From: an uncultured Methylomirabilota bacterium
GTDB lineage: Bacteria; Methylomirabilota; Methylomirabilia; Methylomirabilales; 2-02-FULL-66-22
DNA length: 64,000 nucleotides
Direction: 5' to 3'
Assembly: GCA_963845565.1 (NCBI GenBank)
Contig: CAWJSJ010000002.1
Span: 1,696,001 to 1,760,000 of the forward strand
The notes under the pieces are model-generated. The model saw nothing but the letters and a program-made list of their open reading frames with translations, was not told where the DNA came from and ran no database searches. Each line of letters starts with the position of its first letter. The first letter of the stretch is position 1. The position numbers and the translations under genes were made by a program. Shown here one piece after another: positions 36,858-46,516 of the stretch.

Positions 36858-38683
36858 GCGGTTGCTCTCCCTGCCGGAAGCCAAATGGTGAAGGTGGTGC
36901 CGCGCCCCACCGCGCTGTCCACCTCGACGATCCCGTGATGATCCTCGACGATCCGACGGCTGATGGCCAAGCCCAGCCCGGTGCCCTTGCCGACACCCTT
37001 GGTACTGAAGAAGGGATCGAAGATCCGGGGCATGTGCTCGGGCGCGATGCCCGTTCCGGTGTCGGCGATGATGACGTCCACGCCGGCCTGCGCGGGTCGT
37101 CCGACGCGGCGGGGGCGGTCGGACGCGGGGATGGCCCGCGTGCGCAGGGTGAGGCGGCCCCCCTCGGGCATGGCGTGCCAGGCGTTGATGACGATGTTGA
37201 GGAAGGCTTGCTCCAGCTGGTTGGCATCCCCCCGGATGCGGGGCAGGCCGTCCTGATAGTCGGTCTCGACGCTGATTCGCTCCTTGGCGATCTGGTGCTC
37301 GGTCAGCGAGAGGATCCCTCGCAGCAACTCGTTCAGGTCGAGCGCCGCCAGTTCCATGCGGGCCGGGCGCGCGAAGTTCAGCAATTGTTGAATGAGCTTC
37401 GTGATGCGGTCGGTCTGGGCGATGATGATCTCCAACTCCTGGGGGCGTGGCTTCTCGTCGCCCCATTCCATTAACAGGTACTCGGCGGAACCGGAGATGA
37501 CGTTGAGCGGGGTGCCGATCTGGTGGGCGATTCCCGCGGCAAGCTGCCCCACCACGGCCAGCTTCTCGGCCTGTTGGACTTCCTGGGTCAGCGTCACCCG
37601 GTCGGTGACATCCTCGATCGCGAGGACGGCCCCCGCGATGTCTCCGGTCGCCCGTCGGAGCGAGCTCCCGCGGACGTTCAGGACCACGTGGCCGCGGTGC
37701 CGTGTCTCGTGTTCGAATCGCTGTAGGAGGACCGTGGGTGCGGCGCCGGAGAGCAGGCCTTCCACCGAAGGCCGCAGACCCTCCCATTCGAGGGGCGGGA
37801 AGGCATCGAAGAGATTCCGGCCCAGGACCTCGGCGTCGGTAATGCCGTACCGCTCCGTCAGGGCACGATTCCAGGTGCGGATCCGACAATCGGCGTCGAT
37901 CCCGATGATCCCGTCGGTGATGCTCTGGATGACGTTCCGGGCGTGCTCGCCTTCCTCGACGATCCGGCGACGGGCTTCCGCCAGGTTCCGTCCCAACGCA
38001 TTGAACGCTCCCGAAAGTTGCGCCACCTCGTCCCGGCCGGACACTGCCACCTCCTCGAAGGGTTGCCCGCTGGAGAGGTCCGCGATGCGTTCTGTGAGTC
38101 GTGCCAGCGGCTGGCTGACGGTCCGGTGAATCAGGGCGGAGACCAGTACGATGAGGATCAGGGTGATGGCGGCCAGCGTTGCCAGGAAGGCGTTCCGCTC
38201 GCGAGTCAAGACGGATTGGATCTCCTGCAGGCCCATGGTGATCTTGAGGCCGCCCACGACCGTTTCGCCCGCACGCAACAGGGTGAGATGGGTCTGGACC
38301 GTGACGCCGCCGATCTCCTCACGCTTGCCCACGCCGCGCGGGAACGCCAGGACGGGTGCGAGATCCTCGCGCCGAAGGGATCGGTTGTCGGAGAACAGCC
38401 CCCAGGTGAAGAAGGGATGCCCGGCGTCGTCATAGACCGCCACCCCGAATCGGCCTGCCTCCAGGGTGGATCGCCGGACGATCTCGGACACGTCCGCCGG
38501 GAGGTTCCGCCGAAGCGCGTCGGCCATCGGGATCGACAGGGTGTTGACGATCCGTTCTGCCTCGTCCGCGACCTGCCGATAATGGGTGTCCCGCTCGCGT
38601 CGCAGTGTGATCCCGGCCAGGGCGATCAGGACCGCGAGGAGCGGGACCAGAAGCCAGAGGGTGAGCTTGCTCCCCAAACTCAT
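36854..38683 (-). CDS. Membrane sensor histidine kinase (HAMP, PAS)
   Basis: Two TM segments, HAMP, PAS, AHQIGTPL, NIVINA and GTGLGL motifs. Confidence 0.93.
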   Translation of the reverse strand: MSLGSKLTLWLLVPLLAVLIALAGITLRRERDTHYRQVADEAERIVNTLSIPMADALRRNLPADVSEIVRRSTLEAGRFGVAVYDDAGHPFFTWGLFSDNRSLRREDLAPVLAFPRGVGKREEIGGVTVQTHLTLLRAGETVVGGLKITMGLQEIQSVLTRERNAFLATLAAITLILIVLVSALIHRTVSQPLARLTERIADLSSGQPFEEVAVSGRDEVAQLSGAFNALGRNLAEARRRIVEEGEHARNVIQSITDGIIGIDADCRIRTWNRALTERYGITDAEVLGRNLFDAFPPLEWEGLRPSVEGLLSGAAPTVLLQRFEHETRHRGHVVLNVRGSSLRRATGDIAGAVLAIEDVTDRVTLTQEVQQAEKLAVVGQLAAGIAHQIGTPLNVISGSAEYLLMEWGDEKPRPQELEIIIAQTDRITKLIQQLLNFARPARMELAALDLNELLRGILSLTEHQIAKERISVETDYQDGLPRIRGDANQLEQAFLNIVINAWHAMPEGGRLTLRTRAIPASDRPRRVGRPAQAGVDVIIADTGTGIAPEHMPRIFDPFFSTKGVGKGTGLGLAISRRIVEDHHGIVEVDSAVGRGTTFTIWLPAGRATA

Positions 38684-39465
38684 GCCGCCCCTCCCACGCC
38701 AGGAAGCGCCAGCGCCCGGAGGGTGTTACGCGCCGTCAACTCGCCGACCGCCGCGGGCGAGGCGTTCCAGACCGCGGCCAACTGCTCGGCAACCAGCGGG
38801 AGATACGCGGGCTCGTTCCGCGTCCCGCGATGCGGCGTGGGGGGAAGGTAGGGCGCGTCGGTCTCCAGCAGGATGCGATCGCGTGGGGCGTCCGTGAGCA
38901 GGGCGCGTAAGTCGCGGGCGTTCGGATAGGTAACGGGACCGGCCACGGCGGTATAGTACCCGCGCATCCACGCCTGGGCGGCCATCGCGCGATCGCCGCT
39001 GAAACAATGGAGGATGACGGCGGGGAGGCCTTCCGCCCCGTCGGACAGGATCCGCATGGTGTCCGCGTGGGCGTCCCGGTCATGAATGCTCACCGGCAGC
39101 CGGAGGCGCTGTGCCATCTCGAGTTGAGCCCGGAAGGCGGCCTCCTGAATTTCGCGGGGGGCCCGGTTCCGATAGAAATCGAGGCCGATCTCTCCAATGC
39201 CGACGACTCGAGGGTGGGCGGTCAACGTCGCCAATTCGTCGAGGGCGGCGGCCGTGGTGTCGGCGGCGTGGTGCGGATGGATGGCGACGCACGCATACAC
39301 ATCCGGCTCTCGGTCCGCCAAGGCAACGGCTTGCCGGCTGGAGTCCAGATCATACCCGATGCCGATGAAAGCGGTCACGCCCGCCGTCCGGGCGCGCGCC
39401 AGGGTTTCGTCTCGGTCATCGTTAAATTCGGGCATATACAGATGGCAGTGGGAGTCAATGAGCAC
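38680..39465 (-). CDS. tatD: TatD-family hydrolase
   Basis: DSHCH, IHPH, GEIGLD, IHDRDA, HCFSG, ETDAPYL and RNEP motifs. Confidence 0.93.
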   Translation of the reverse strand: MLIDSHCHLYMPEFNDDRDETLARARTAGVTAFIGIGYDLDSSRQAVALADREPDVYACVAIHPHHAADTTAAALDELATLTAHPRVVGIGEIGLDFYRNRAPREIQEAAFRAQLEMAQRLRLPVSIHDRDAHADTMRILSDGAEGLPAVILHCFSGDRAMAAQAWMRGYYTAVAGPVTYPNARDLRALLTDAPRDRILLETDAPYLPPTPHRGTRNEPAYLPLVAEQLAAVWNASPAAVGELTARNTLRALALPGVGGAA

Positions 39466-39486
39466 CGGCGTGCACCCCTTTTGTGC

Positions 39487-39515
39487 ATTCTAGCCGATGT
39501 GTCGCGCTCTGGCAA
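39487..39515 (-). promoter_or_regulatory. sigma70-type promoter of tatD-HK-RR
   Basis: TTGCCA-N17-TAGAAT. Confidence 0.55.
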
Positions 39516-39718
39516 ACCAGGAGCAGAGGTGTCCCATCCTGGTCACAATGTCCCGTTCAAGACGGAATTCCGCGGTATGGATCTGGTAGTCCTGCCGCCT
39601 CATCTCGGCGCGGCCGCGGAGGTGCGATGGGTGGCCTGTTTGGCTGCCTAAACGAAGACGCAGCGGTTGGCGGGGGGGACCGGGCGACCGGCTCGTCAGA
39701 CAGCGATCGCCCGGTGAA

Positions 39719-40450
39719 TCACTTTCCGCCGGCGGCCTTGGTCACAGCGTCGATCAAGCCGGCGGCGTGCGGGTTCGACACGTCCCGCGAGATGAGAATC
39801 GACGCGGGACTGACGTCCTTGTTGTAATACGCCTGATTCAACGACCCCCGCACCGCCACCACCGCGCCATTGACCGAGATTCCGGCGAACAGGCCCCTGG
39901 TCCGCGAGAAGCTCAGGATATCCACGCTGAGGTTGGCGGTGGCGGCTTCGGCCCCGGCGCCGACCGGTCCCGCCGTCACGCTCGCATCGGCACCCAGCTT
40001 GCTGCTGGTGGATAGAAAAGCGGAAAGCCCGCGCTCGGTCAACGCGACGAGAACCACCTCGGCGGCGTCTCCGCCCCACTGCAGGCCGAAGCTGAACTGT
40101 CCGATGGTGTAAAAGGCCGGCCCGCTCCAGGTGTTGGTCTTCTCGTCGCGGGCCAGCAGGACTCCGCTTCCGCCCGAGCCGCCGAAGAAGAAGGCACCCC
40201 GCAGGATCTGCGGATAGATCATGACGGCCCTGGCGCGCGTCACGATGGAGCGCAGGCTGCCGCCCATCTGGGGGTCGGCGAGGAAGCCCTCGAACGCGAT
40301 CCGTGCTCTCTCGACCAGTTGCTGGGCGGCCAGGGTGTCGTCCGCGAATGCCGGCGCCACGGTGCCGGGCAGCGGGGCGACCAAGACGCCTCCGACGAGG
40401 AGACTCACGGCGATTAGGGTAGTGACAAACCGTCCTCGCTGTCCGCTCAT
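39719..40450 (-). CDS. Secreted SYLF/Ysc84-like lipid-binding protein
   Basis: Signal peptide, GGSGGSGVLL, WSGPAF, SFGLQWG, AGPVG and GLFAGIS motifs. Confidence 0.88.
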   Translation of the reverse strand: MSGQRGRFVTTLIAVSLLVGGVLVAPLPGTVAPAFADDTLAAQQLVERARIAFEGFLADPQMGGSLRSIVTRARAVMIYPQILRGAFFFGGSGGSGVLLARDEKTNTWSGPAFYTIGQFSFGLQWGGDAAEVVLVALTERGLSAFLSTSSKLGADASVTAGPVGAGAEAATANLSVDILSFSRTRGLFAGISVNGAVVAVRGSLNQAYYNKDVSPASILISRDVSNPHAAGLIDAVTKAAGGK

Positions 40451-40552
40451 CGCGCACTCCTTTCGTGGGCGGGTCGGGCCAGGATGAAGCCGCGCCGCCG
40501 CTCGGGGTCTTCGAGAAAAAATCCGATTGTCGCTCGACACACTCGTTACACG

Positions 40553-40656
40553 TTAGGAGCCGTTACGAAATAACCTATACATCTCTTTCTATTTCGTTAC
40601 GGCTCCTTATGCCGTTTCGAAATGTCTCCGCTCAACTATTCTTCGACAACGGCTTA
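40553..40656 (+). repeat. Repeat family A copy 4
   Basis: Near identical to copies 1 and 2; lies in a divergent intergenic region. Confidence 0.9.
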
Positions 40657-40838
40657 GTGTACTCGGAGAATCGGGTAACGTCCAGCGGGCCGTCGTGCAG
40701 CGGACCGCCGCCGGCCGTCCCCGCGTATGACTGGACGGTGATGCCTCTTTGCCTGATCGGCCCGCCGTGGTACACTCCTCTCCGTTTCGCACGGCGCCTT
40801 GCCGTCTTCTCCCTCATCGAACTGGAGGATCACTCGTT

Positions 40839-42239
40839 ATGGACACGCAGGCTCTCGCAGAGATCGTGGCCGATCTTCGGACTCTGGGGCTGTCGGCCGG
40901 CCCTGCCCCGCGGCTTCCGGCCGGCGCGCGACCGTCGGGTGAACTGCTAGACCGCTGGGCCCGCGCCGCGGCCCTGGCCGAGCCGGATGTGCGCCAGGCG
41001 GCCATCTGGGCGATCCGGGAGGCGGCGCACGCCTCCGGGGTCATCCCGGCCTCGATCCAGGGGCTCTACGTGGCACGGGGCAAGGACCAGTGGAGTGACC
41101 GAACGGTTCCGGCCCTCAACCTGCGTGGCTGGACGTACCAGACCTGTCGGGCGGCTTTCCGCGCGGCGCGGAAGATGGGATCGTCCCTATTGATCTTCGA
41201 GCAGGCCCTGGCGGAGGCGGTGTACGCCGCGCAGCCGGCGGTGGAGTATACCGCCGGGGTCTTGGCTGCCGCGATGCGCGAAGGGCACCGTGGGCCGGTG
41301 TTCCTCCAGGCGGATCACGACCAAGTCAATGCGGTCAACTACGCCAAGGATCCGGCGAAGGAGACAGAGCGGCTGTCGAACGTCATCCGCGAGCAGATCG
41401 CCGCCAGCTTCTTCAACATCGACGTGGACGCCTCGACGGTGGTGGATCTGGCGCCGCCGACGCTGGTCGAGCAGCAGCGGGTGAACGCCGAGCTCACGGC
41501 GAAGTTCACCCGGCTGGTGCGGACCCTGCAACCGGCGGGTGTCACCATCTCGGTCGGCGCCGAGATCGGCGAGGTGGGCGCCCACAACACCACGCCGGAC
41601 GAACTCCGCGCCTTCATGGCCACGTACCCGGCAGCCCTGGCCGCGGCCGGCGGCGGCGCGGGGATCACCAAGGTCAGCGTGAACTCCGGTACCTATCATG
41701 GGGGCAAGGTGCTGCCGGACGGCACGCTCGCCAAGGTTCCGGTGGCCTTCGACACCCTCGCCGACATCTCCCGCGTCTGCCGCGCGGAGTTCGGCTTGGC
41801 GGGCGCCGTGCAGCACGGGGCCTCGACGCTCCCCATGGACTTCTTCGGTAAGTTCCCCGAAAGCGGTACCGTGGAGATCCACCTGGCGCTCGGGTTCAAC
41901 AACCTCATCTTCGACCACCCGCGGCTGCCGCAGGCTGTCAAGGACGAGATCCGGGCCTACTGTTTCACACATCACGGCAGCGAACGGAAGCCCGACCAGA
42001 CCGAGGCTCAGTTCATTTACACCACGCGCAAGAAGGCCTGGGCGGGGATGAAGCGGCGGTTCTGGGATCTGCCGGCCGACATCCAGGCCGATCTCATGGC
42101 GTCCCTGGAAGAGATGTTCCGCGACATGTTCACGCGGATGAAGGTCGGCGGGACCGACGAACTGGTGGCCCGGTTCACGGAGGCGCCGGTGGTCCCGGTC
42201 CCCGTGCCCGCCGCGCTGGCAAAGGCGCTTGCTCGATAA
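40839..42239 (+). CDS. Class II fructose-bisphosphate aldolase-like protein (atypical long type)
   Basis: TVPALNLR, FLQADH, DVDAS, AEIGEVG, GTYHGG, VQHGASTLP and EIHLA motifs. Confidence 0.8.
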   Translation: MDTQALAEIVADLRTLGLSAGPAPRLPAGARPSGELLDRWARAAALAEPDVRQAAIWAIREAAHASGVIPASIQGLYVARGKDQWSDRTVPALNLRGWTYQTCRAAFRAARKMGSSLLIFEQALAEAVYAAQPAVEYTAGVLAAAMREGHRGPVFLQADHDQVNAVNYAKDPAKETERLSNVIREQIAASFFNIDVDASTVVDLAPPTLVEQQRVNAELTAKFTRLVRTLQPAGVTISVGAEIGEVGAHNTTPDELRAFMATYPAALAAAGGGAGITKVSVNSGTYHGGKVLPDGTLAKVPVAFDTLADISRVCRAEFGLAGAVQHGASTLPMDFFGKFPESGTVEIHLALGFNNLIFDHPRLPQAVKDEIRAYCFTHHGSERKPDQTEAQFIYTTRKKAWAGMKRRFWDLPADIQADLMASLEEMFRDMFTRMKVGGTDELVARFTEAPVVPVPVPAALAKALAR

Positions 42240-42254
42240 CGTGCCGTCGCCGGC

Positions 42255-42284
42255 TTGACACCGGCGGCGGGTTGCGCGGATAAT
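42255..42284 (+). promoter_or_regulatory. sigma70-type promoter of sugar ABC operon
   Basis: TTGACA-N18-GATAAT. Confidence 0.45.
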
Positions 42285-42361
42285 CCCCCACGAACCGGAT
42301 CCGAACCGAGGATCGGATTGTGCAACGACGAGACGCAACACCAGTAGAAAGGAGTCGGTCC

Positions 42362-43639
42362 ATGTCACGTGTCACGCGGATCCTGACCGTTCTTGCCCTG
42401 GCCGTGGCGGTGGTCGTCGCGTTTACACCGGCGAGCCAGGCCGGCCAGAAGGCCGAGGTGCGATGGTTCCAGTGGAAGACCACGGAGGTGGGCGAGAAGC
42501 TCATGAACGAGCTGAAAGCCGCCTTCGAGAAGGAGCACCCGGACATCACGCTCACCCTGGTGGACAACCCGTTCCAGGGGTTCCACGACAAGGCGCTCAC
42601 GCTGTTCCAGGCGCAGAAGCTGGCGGATGTCCTGATGGTCCAGGTGGACTGGGTGGCGGAGTTCGCGGATCTGGGGATGCTGGAGCCTCTGGACGCCTGG
42701 CTCGCCAAGGAGCCCAAGGAGTTCATGGACAACATCCCGGAGGCCTTCCAGCAGAAGTGGAGGGGGAAGCAGTACTACCTGCCGCTCCACTCGGGCTGCG
42801 TGGCGCTCTACTGGAACACCGAGATCTTCAAGAACGCCGGGATCGCCGGACCGCCCAAGACCTGGGACGAGTACGTCGCAGATTGCCAAGAAGGTGACGA
42901 ACCCGGAGAAGAAGATCTTCGCGACCACGGCCACGCTGCAGATCGAGCCGCCCACCAACATGACCTATGACATCTACCCGCTGATCCTGCAGGCGGGCGG
43001 CGACATCCTCGACAGCGAAGGCCAACAAGGCCGCCTTCAACAGCCCGGCGGGCGTGAAGGCCATCGAGTGGTACGTGGACCTGGTCAACAAGCACAAGGT
43101 GGCGGTGCCCGGCGTGCTGTCGAACGGCGAGAAGGAGAAGCGGGCCAACTTCGCGCACGGGCAACATCGCCATGATGTTCGAGGGACCCTGGGGTGTCGC
43201 CATCCAGAAGAATTTGAACCAGAACCTGAAGTACGACACCGCGCCCCTGCCCAAGGGGATGACCAGCGGGACGGTGGTCCGCGGCGTCGCTCAATACGGT
43301 GACCACCCAGGCCCAGAACAAGGAGGCGGCTTGGAAGTTCGTGCGCTGGATCTCGGGCCCGGTGGGCAACGAGATGTGGGCCAAGGGGACGCGGCGATTT
43401 CCCGGCTCGGAAGGACGTGGCGGAGAAGCCGTTCTTCAAGGAGAACAAGCTCGCTCCAGGCCTTCGTGCAGCAGATGCAGCAGCCGAACGCCAAGTCGCC
43501 GTTCCTCGGGATGCCGAACGCGGTGCAGATGAACAAGATCATGACCACCGAGGTGCAGAACGTGGTCCAGGGCAAGAAGAACGCCAAGCAGGCGCTGGAC
43601 GACGCGGCGGCGGAGTGGAACAAGATCCTGGCCAAGTAG
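42362..43639 (+). pseudogene. Carbohydrate (CUT1) ABC substrate-binding protein with multiple frameshifts (likely sequencing indels)
   Basis: Signal peptide, FEKEHPDI, LYWN, PPKTWDE, MMFEGPW, KEAAWKFV and KQALDDAA spread across frames; shifts near 42880, 43015, 43155, 43290, 43400 and 43455. Confidence 0.8.
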
Positions 43640-43723
43640 CCAGCGTTCTCGTCAATTGACCAGCTGACATTGAGCCGCTCCGGTTCGCCCCTGACGTGCC
43701 GGAGCGGCTCGGTCTTCGCGCCC

Positions 43724-44611
43724 ATGACCCTGCGCCACCGCTTTCGCCACGAAATCCAGGCCTACGGTTTCCTGGGGCCGGCCCTCCTGCTCCTCGGCTT
43801 GCTCATGGTCTATCCGCTGCTCCAGGTCCTCCGGATGAGTCTGTACGAGGCCAACCTCCGGAAGGAGGTCTGGGTCGGGCTGGGAAACTACACCGCGTTG
43901 CTCCAGACCGCGCTCTTCTGGCAGGTTCTCTGGCAGACCACCCTCTTCACGGTGGGCAGCGTGGTGATGCATCTCGTGATCGGGATGGGGCTCGCGCTCC
44001 TGCTCCACACCAAGATCAACGTCCGGATCCGGAACTTCCTGCGGGGCCTGCTGATCATCCCGTGGCTGTTCGCCCCGACCGTGGCCGGCATGATCTGGGT
44101 CCTGATGCTCGCCCCCTTCGGCGTCCTGAACGGCCTGCTCACCACCCTGGGCCTCCTCGATCCGAACGCCACCATCAACTGGCTGGGGAGCCCGCAGACG
44201 TCGCTCCTCTCGGTGACGGCGATGAACATCTGGCGCGCCTTCCCGTTCTTCATGGTCATGCTCCTGGCGGGGCTCCAGGCGATCCCCGAGGACGTCTACG
44301 AGGCCGCGGATATTGACGGCACCACGGCGCGCCAGAAGTTCTGGTACATCACCCTGCCGGCGCTTCGCGGTATCATTCTGACGGTGATCCTCCTGGACTC
44401 CATCTGGACCTTCCGGGCCTTCGACCCGGTGTACGTCATGACCGGCGGGGGCCCGATCAACTCGTCCCAGGTGCTCGCGACGGTGATTTACTTTGACGCC
44501 TTCCAAAAGCTGCAGTTCGGCTACGCGTCGGCCGAGGCGGTGATCATGTTCCTGATCCTCTTTGCCTTCAGCGTGGTGTACGTGCGCCGCGCCGTGCGGG
44601 AGATCGCGTAA
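43724..44611 (+). CDS. Carbohydrate ABC permease (MalF-like)
   Basis: WVGLGNY, LAGLQAIPEDVYEAADIDG, MTGGGP and GYASA motifs. Confidence 0.93.
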   Translation: MTLRHRFRHEIQAYGFLGPALLLLGLLMVYPLLQVLRMSLYEANLRKEVWVGLGNYTALLQTALFWQVLWQTTLFTVGSVVMHLVIGMGLALLLHTKINVRIRNFLRGLLIIPWLFAPTVAGMIWVLMLAPFGVLNGLLTTLGLLDPNATINWLGSPQTSLLSVTAMNIWRAFPFFMVMLLAGLQAIPEDVYEAADIDGTTARQKFWYITLPALRGIILTVILLDSIWTFRAFDPVYVMTGGGPINSSQVLATVIYFDAFQKLQFGYASAEAVIMFLILFAFSVVYVRRAVREIA

Positions 44612-44612
44612 C

Positions 44613-45467
44613 ATGGCGCGCGAGAGTTGGGGCATGCGGACCCGCCGGCAGGTCGCCCACGCGGCCATCTATAGCCTCCTGGCGGCGGTGACGGTGATCA
44701 TGCTCTTCCCGGTGGCCTGGATGCTCACGGTGTCGGTCCGGCCGAACGTGGAGGTCATGAAGATCCCGCCCCAGTGGATCCCGACCGTCTTCACGCTGGA
44801 GCCCTATCTGAAGGTGCTCAGCAGCCCCCGCTATATGTGGACGTTTGTGAACAGCTATTTCATCGCGGGGGTGGTGACCGCCTTCTCGCTCTTCGTGGGG
44901 GCGCTGGCGGCCTACGCCCTGGCCCGCTTCCGCTTCAAGGGGCAGCGGGCGGTGATCATGTTCCTGATCATCACGCAGATGTTCCCGCTGGTGCTCCTCT
45001 GTATCCCGTATTTCCGGGTGGTGGTCCGACTCGGCCTCTACGACACGCTCACCGCCCTGATCGTCGTGTACACCACGTTCACGCTGCCCTTCTGCATCCT
45101 GATGCTCCGGAGCTACTTCGCCCAGATCCCCAAGGACATGGAAGAGGCGGCCATGGTGGACGGGTGCACGCGGCTGGGGGCGATCGCCCGCACGCTCGTG
45201 CCGATGTCCTTTCCGGCGCTGGTGGGGGCGGGGCTCTACACGTTCCTGCTGGCCTGGAACGAATTCCTTTTCGCCGTGGTGCTGATCGAATCCTGGGGCA
45301 AGCGGGTCCTCACCATCGCCATCTACAGCCTGCTGGCCGAGTTCGTCACCGAGTGGAGCATGATGATGGCGTTCTCGGTCCTGGCCAGCGCCCCGCTGGT
45401 GATCGCCTTCATCTTCCTGCAGCGCTATGTGGTCCAGGGCATGACGGCGGGGGCGATCAAATCATGA
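44613..45467 (+). CDS. Carbohydrate ABC permease (MalG-like)
   Basis: AAYALARF, IPKDMEEAAMVDG, WNEFLFA and GMTAGAIK motifs. Confidence 0.93.
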   Translation: MARESWGMRTRRQVAHAAIYSLLAAVTVIMLFPVAWMLTVSVRPNVEVMKIPPQWIPTVFTLEPYLKVLSSPRYMWTFVNSYFIAGVVTAFSLFVGALAAYALARFRFKGQRAVIMFLIITQMFPLVLLCIPYFRVVVRLGLYDTLTALIVVYTTFTLPFCILMLRSYFAQIPKDMEEAAMVDGCTRLGAIARTLVPMSFPALVGAGLYTFLLAWNEFLFAVVLIESWGKRVLTIAIYSLLAEFVTEWSMMMAFSVLASAPLVIAFIFLQRYVVQGMTAGAIKS

Positions 45468-46417
45468 GCGAAGGCGCCCCGGCCAGCCAATCCTGGGACG
45501 TCGTGGGGTTCGGCGTCAACGCGCTGGATCTGATCGCCATCATCGACGGCTACCCGGAGCCCGACACCAAGGCGCAGTTCCAGACCTTCGACGTGCAGGG
45601 GGGCGGGGTGACGGCCACGGCGATGGCGGCTGCAGCCCGACTGGGGTTGCGGGCCCGGTACATCGGCAAGGTGGGGGGCGATTTCTGGTCGCGCCTGTCG
45701 CTCAAGACGCTGTCCCGGGAAGGGGTGGACGTCCGGCACGTCATCCGCGTCAAGGACAGCCCGGGTCATGTGAGTCTGGTGCTGGCCGATCGCGCCACCG
45801 GGCAGCGGACGCTGTTCTTCCGCCGCCCGCCGGCCTACGCCATCCGCCCGGACGAGTTGGATCGGGCGGCGATCACCTCGGGGCGGCTCCTGCACGTGGA
45901 TGGCATCGACTCGGACGCCGCGGTTCGGGCCATCGAGTGGGCCCGCCACGCCGGCATGCGGGTGACCATGGACGGGGAACGGATCGTGCCCGGGATCGAG
46001 CGGGTCTGGCCGCAGGTGGATCTCTTGGTGTGTAACCCCCGCTTCATCCGTGGGACGACGGGCCACGCCGCGGTCGCGGACGGCCTCCGCGAGTTGGCGG
46101 AACGCGGGCCGGCCCGCGTTGCGGTGACGCTGGCCGAGGAGGGGGTCCTGGGGTACGAACGCGGCCAGTGGGTCCGCGTGCCCGGCTTCCGGATCGAGCC
46201 CGTGGACACGAACGGGGCCGGCGATGTGTTCCATGGGGCCTGCACCGTGGGTGAGCTCCGCGGCTGGCCCCTCGCGTGGACGCTCACCTTCGCCAACGCC
46301 GTGGCCGCCATGAAGTGCCGGTTCCTGGGCGGCCGGCGCGGCATTCCCCGCCTGCCCGAGGTGGCCGAGTTCCTCGCGGCCCACGGGCACCGGGAGATCG
46401 CCGCAGCGATCAGTTAG
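45464..46417 (+). CDS. PfkB-family carbohydrate kinase (YihV/sulfofructose-kinase-like subgroup)
   Basis: GGGVTATAMAAAARLG, DTNGAGDVFHGA and AAMKCRFLGGRRGIP motifs. Confidence 0.88.
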   Translation: MSEGAPASQSWDVVGFGVNALDLIAIIDGYPEPDTKAQFQTFDVQGGGVTATAMAAAARLGLRARYIGKVGGDFWSRLSLKTLSREGVDVRHVIRVKDSPGHVSLVLADRATGQRTLFFRRPPAYAIRPDELDRAAITSGRLLHVDGIDSDAAVRAIEWARHAGMRVTMDGERIVPGIERVWPQVDLLVCNPRFIRGTTGHAAVADGLRELAERGPARVAVTLAEEGVLGYERGQWVRVPGFRIEPVDTNGAGDVFHGACTVGELRGWPLAWTLTFANAVAAMKCRFLGGRRGIPRLPEVAEFLAAHGHREIAAAIS

Positions 46418-46516
46418 GAGCCGTTACGAAATAACTTGGCCATTTTTTGGTTTCGTTACGGCTCCTTATGCCGTTTACGGAATTTCTCCGGTCAAGTTAT
46501 TCTTTGACAACGGCTT
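46414..46516 (+). repeat. Repeat family A copy 5 (loop variant)
   Basis: Same stems. Forms the kinase TAG stop and contains the convergent hemW stop. Confidence 0.88.
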
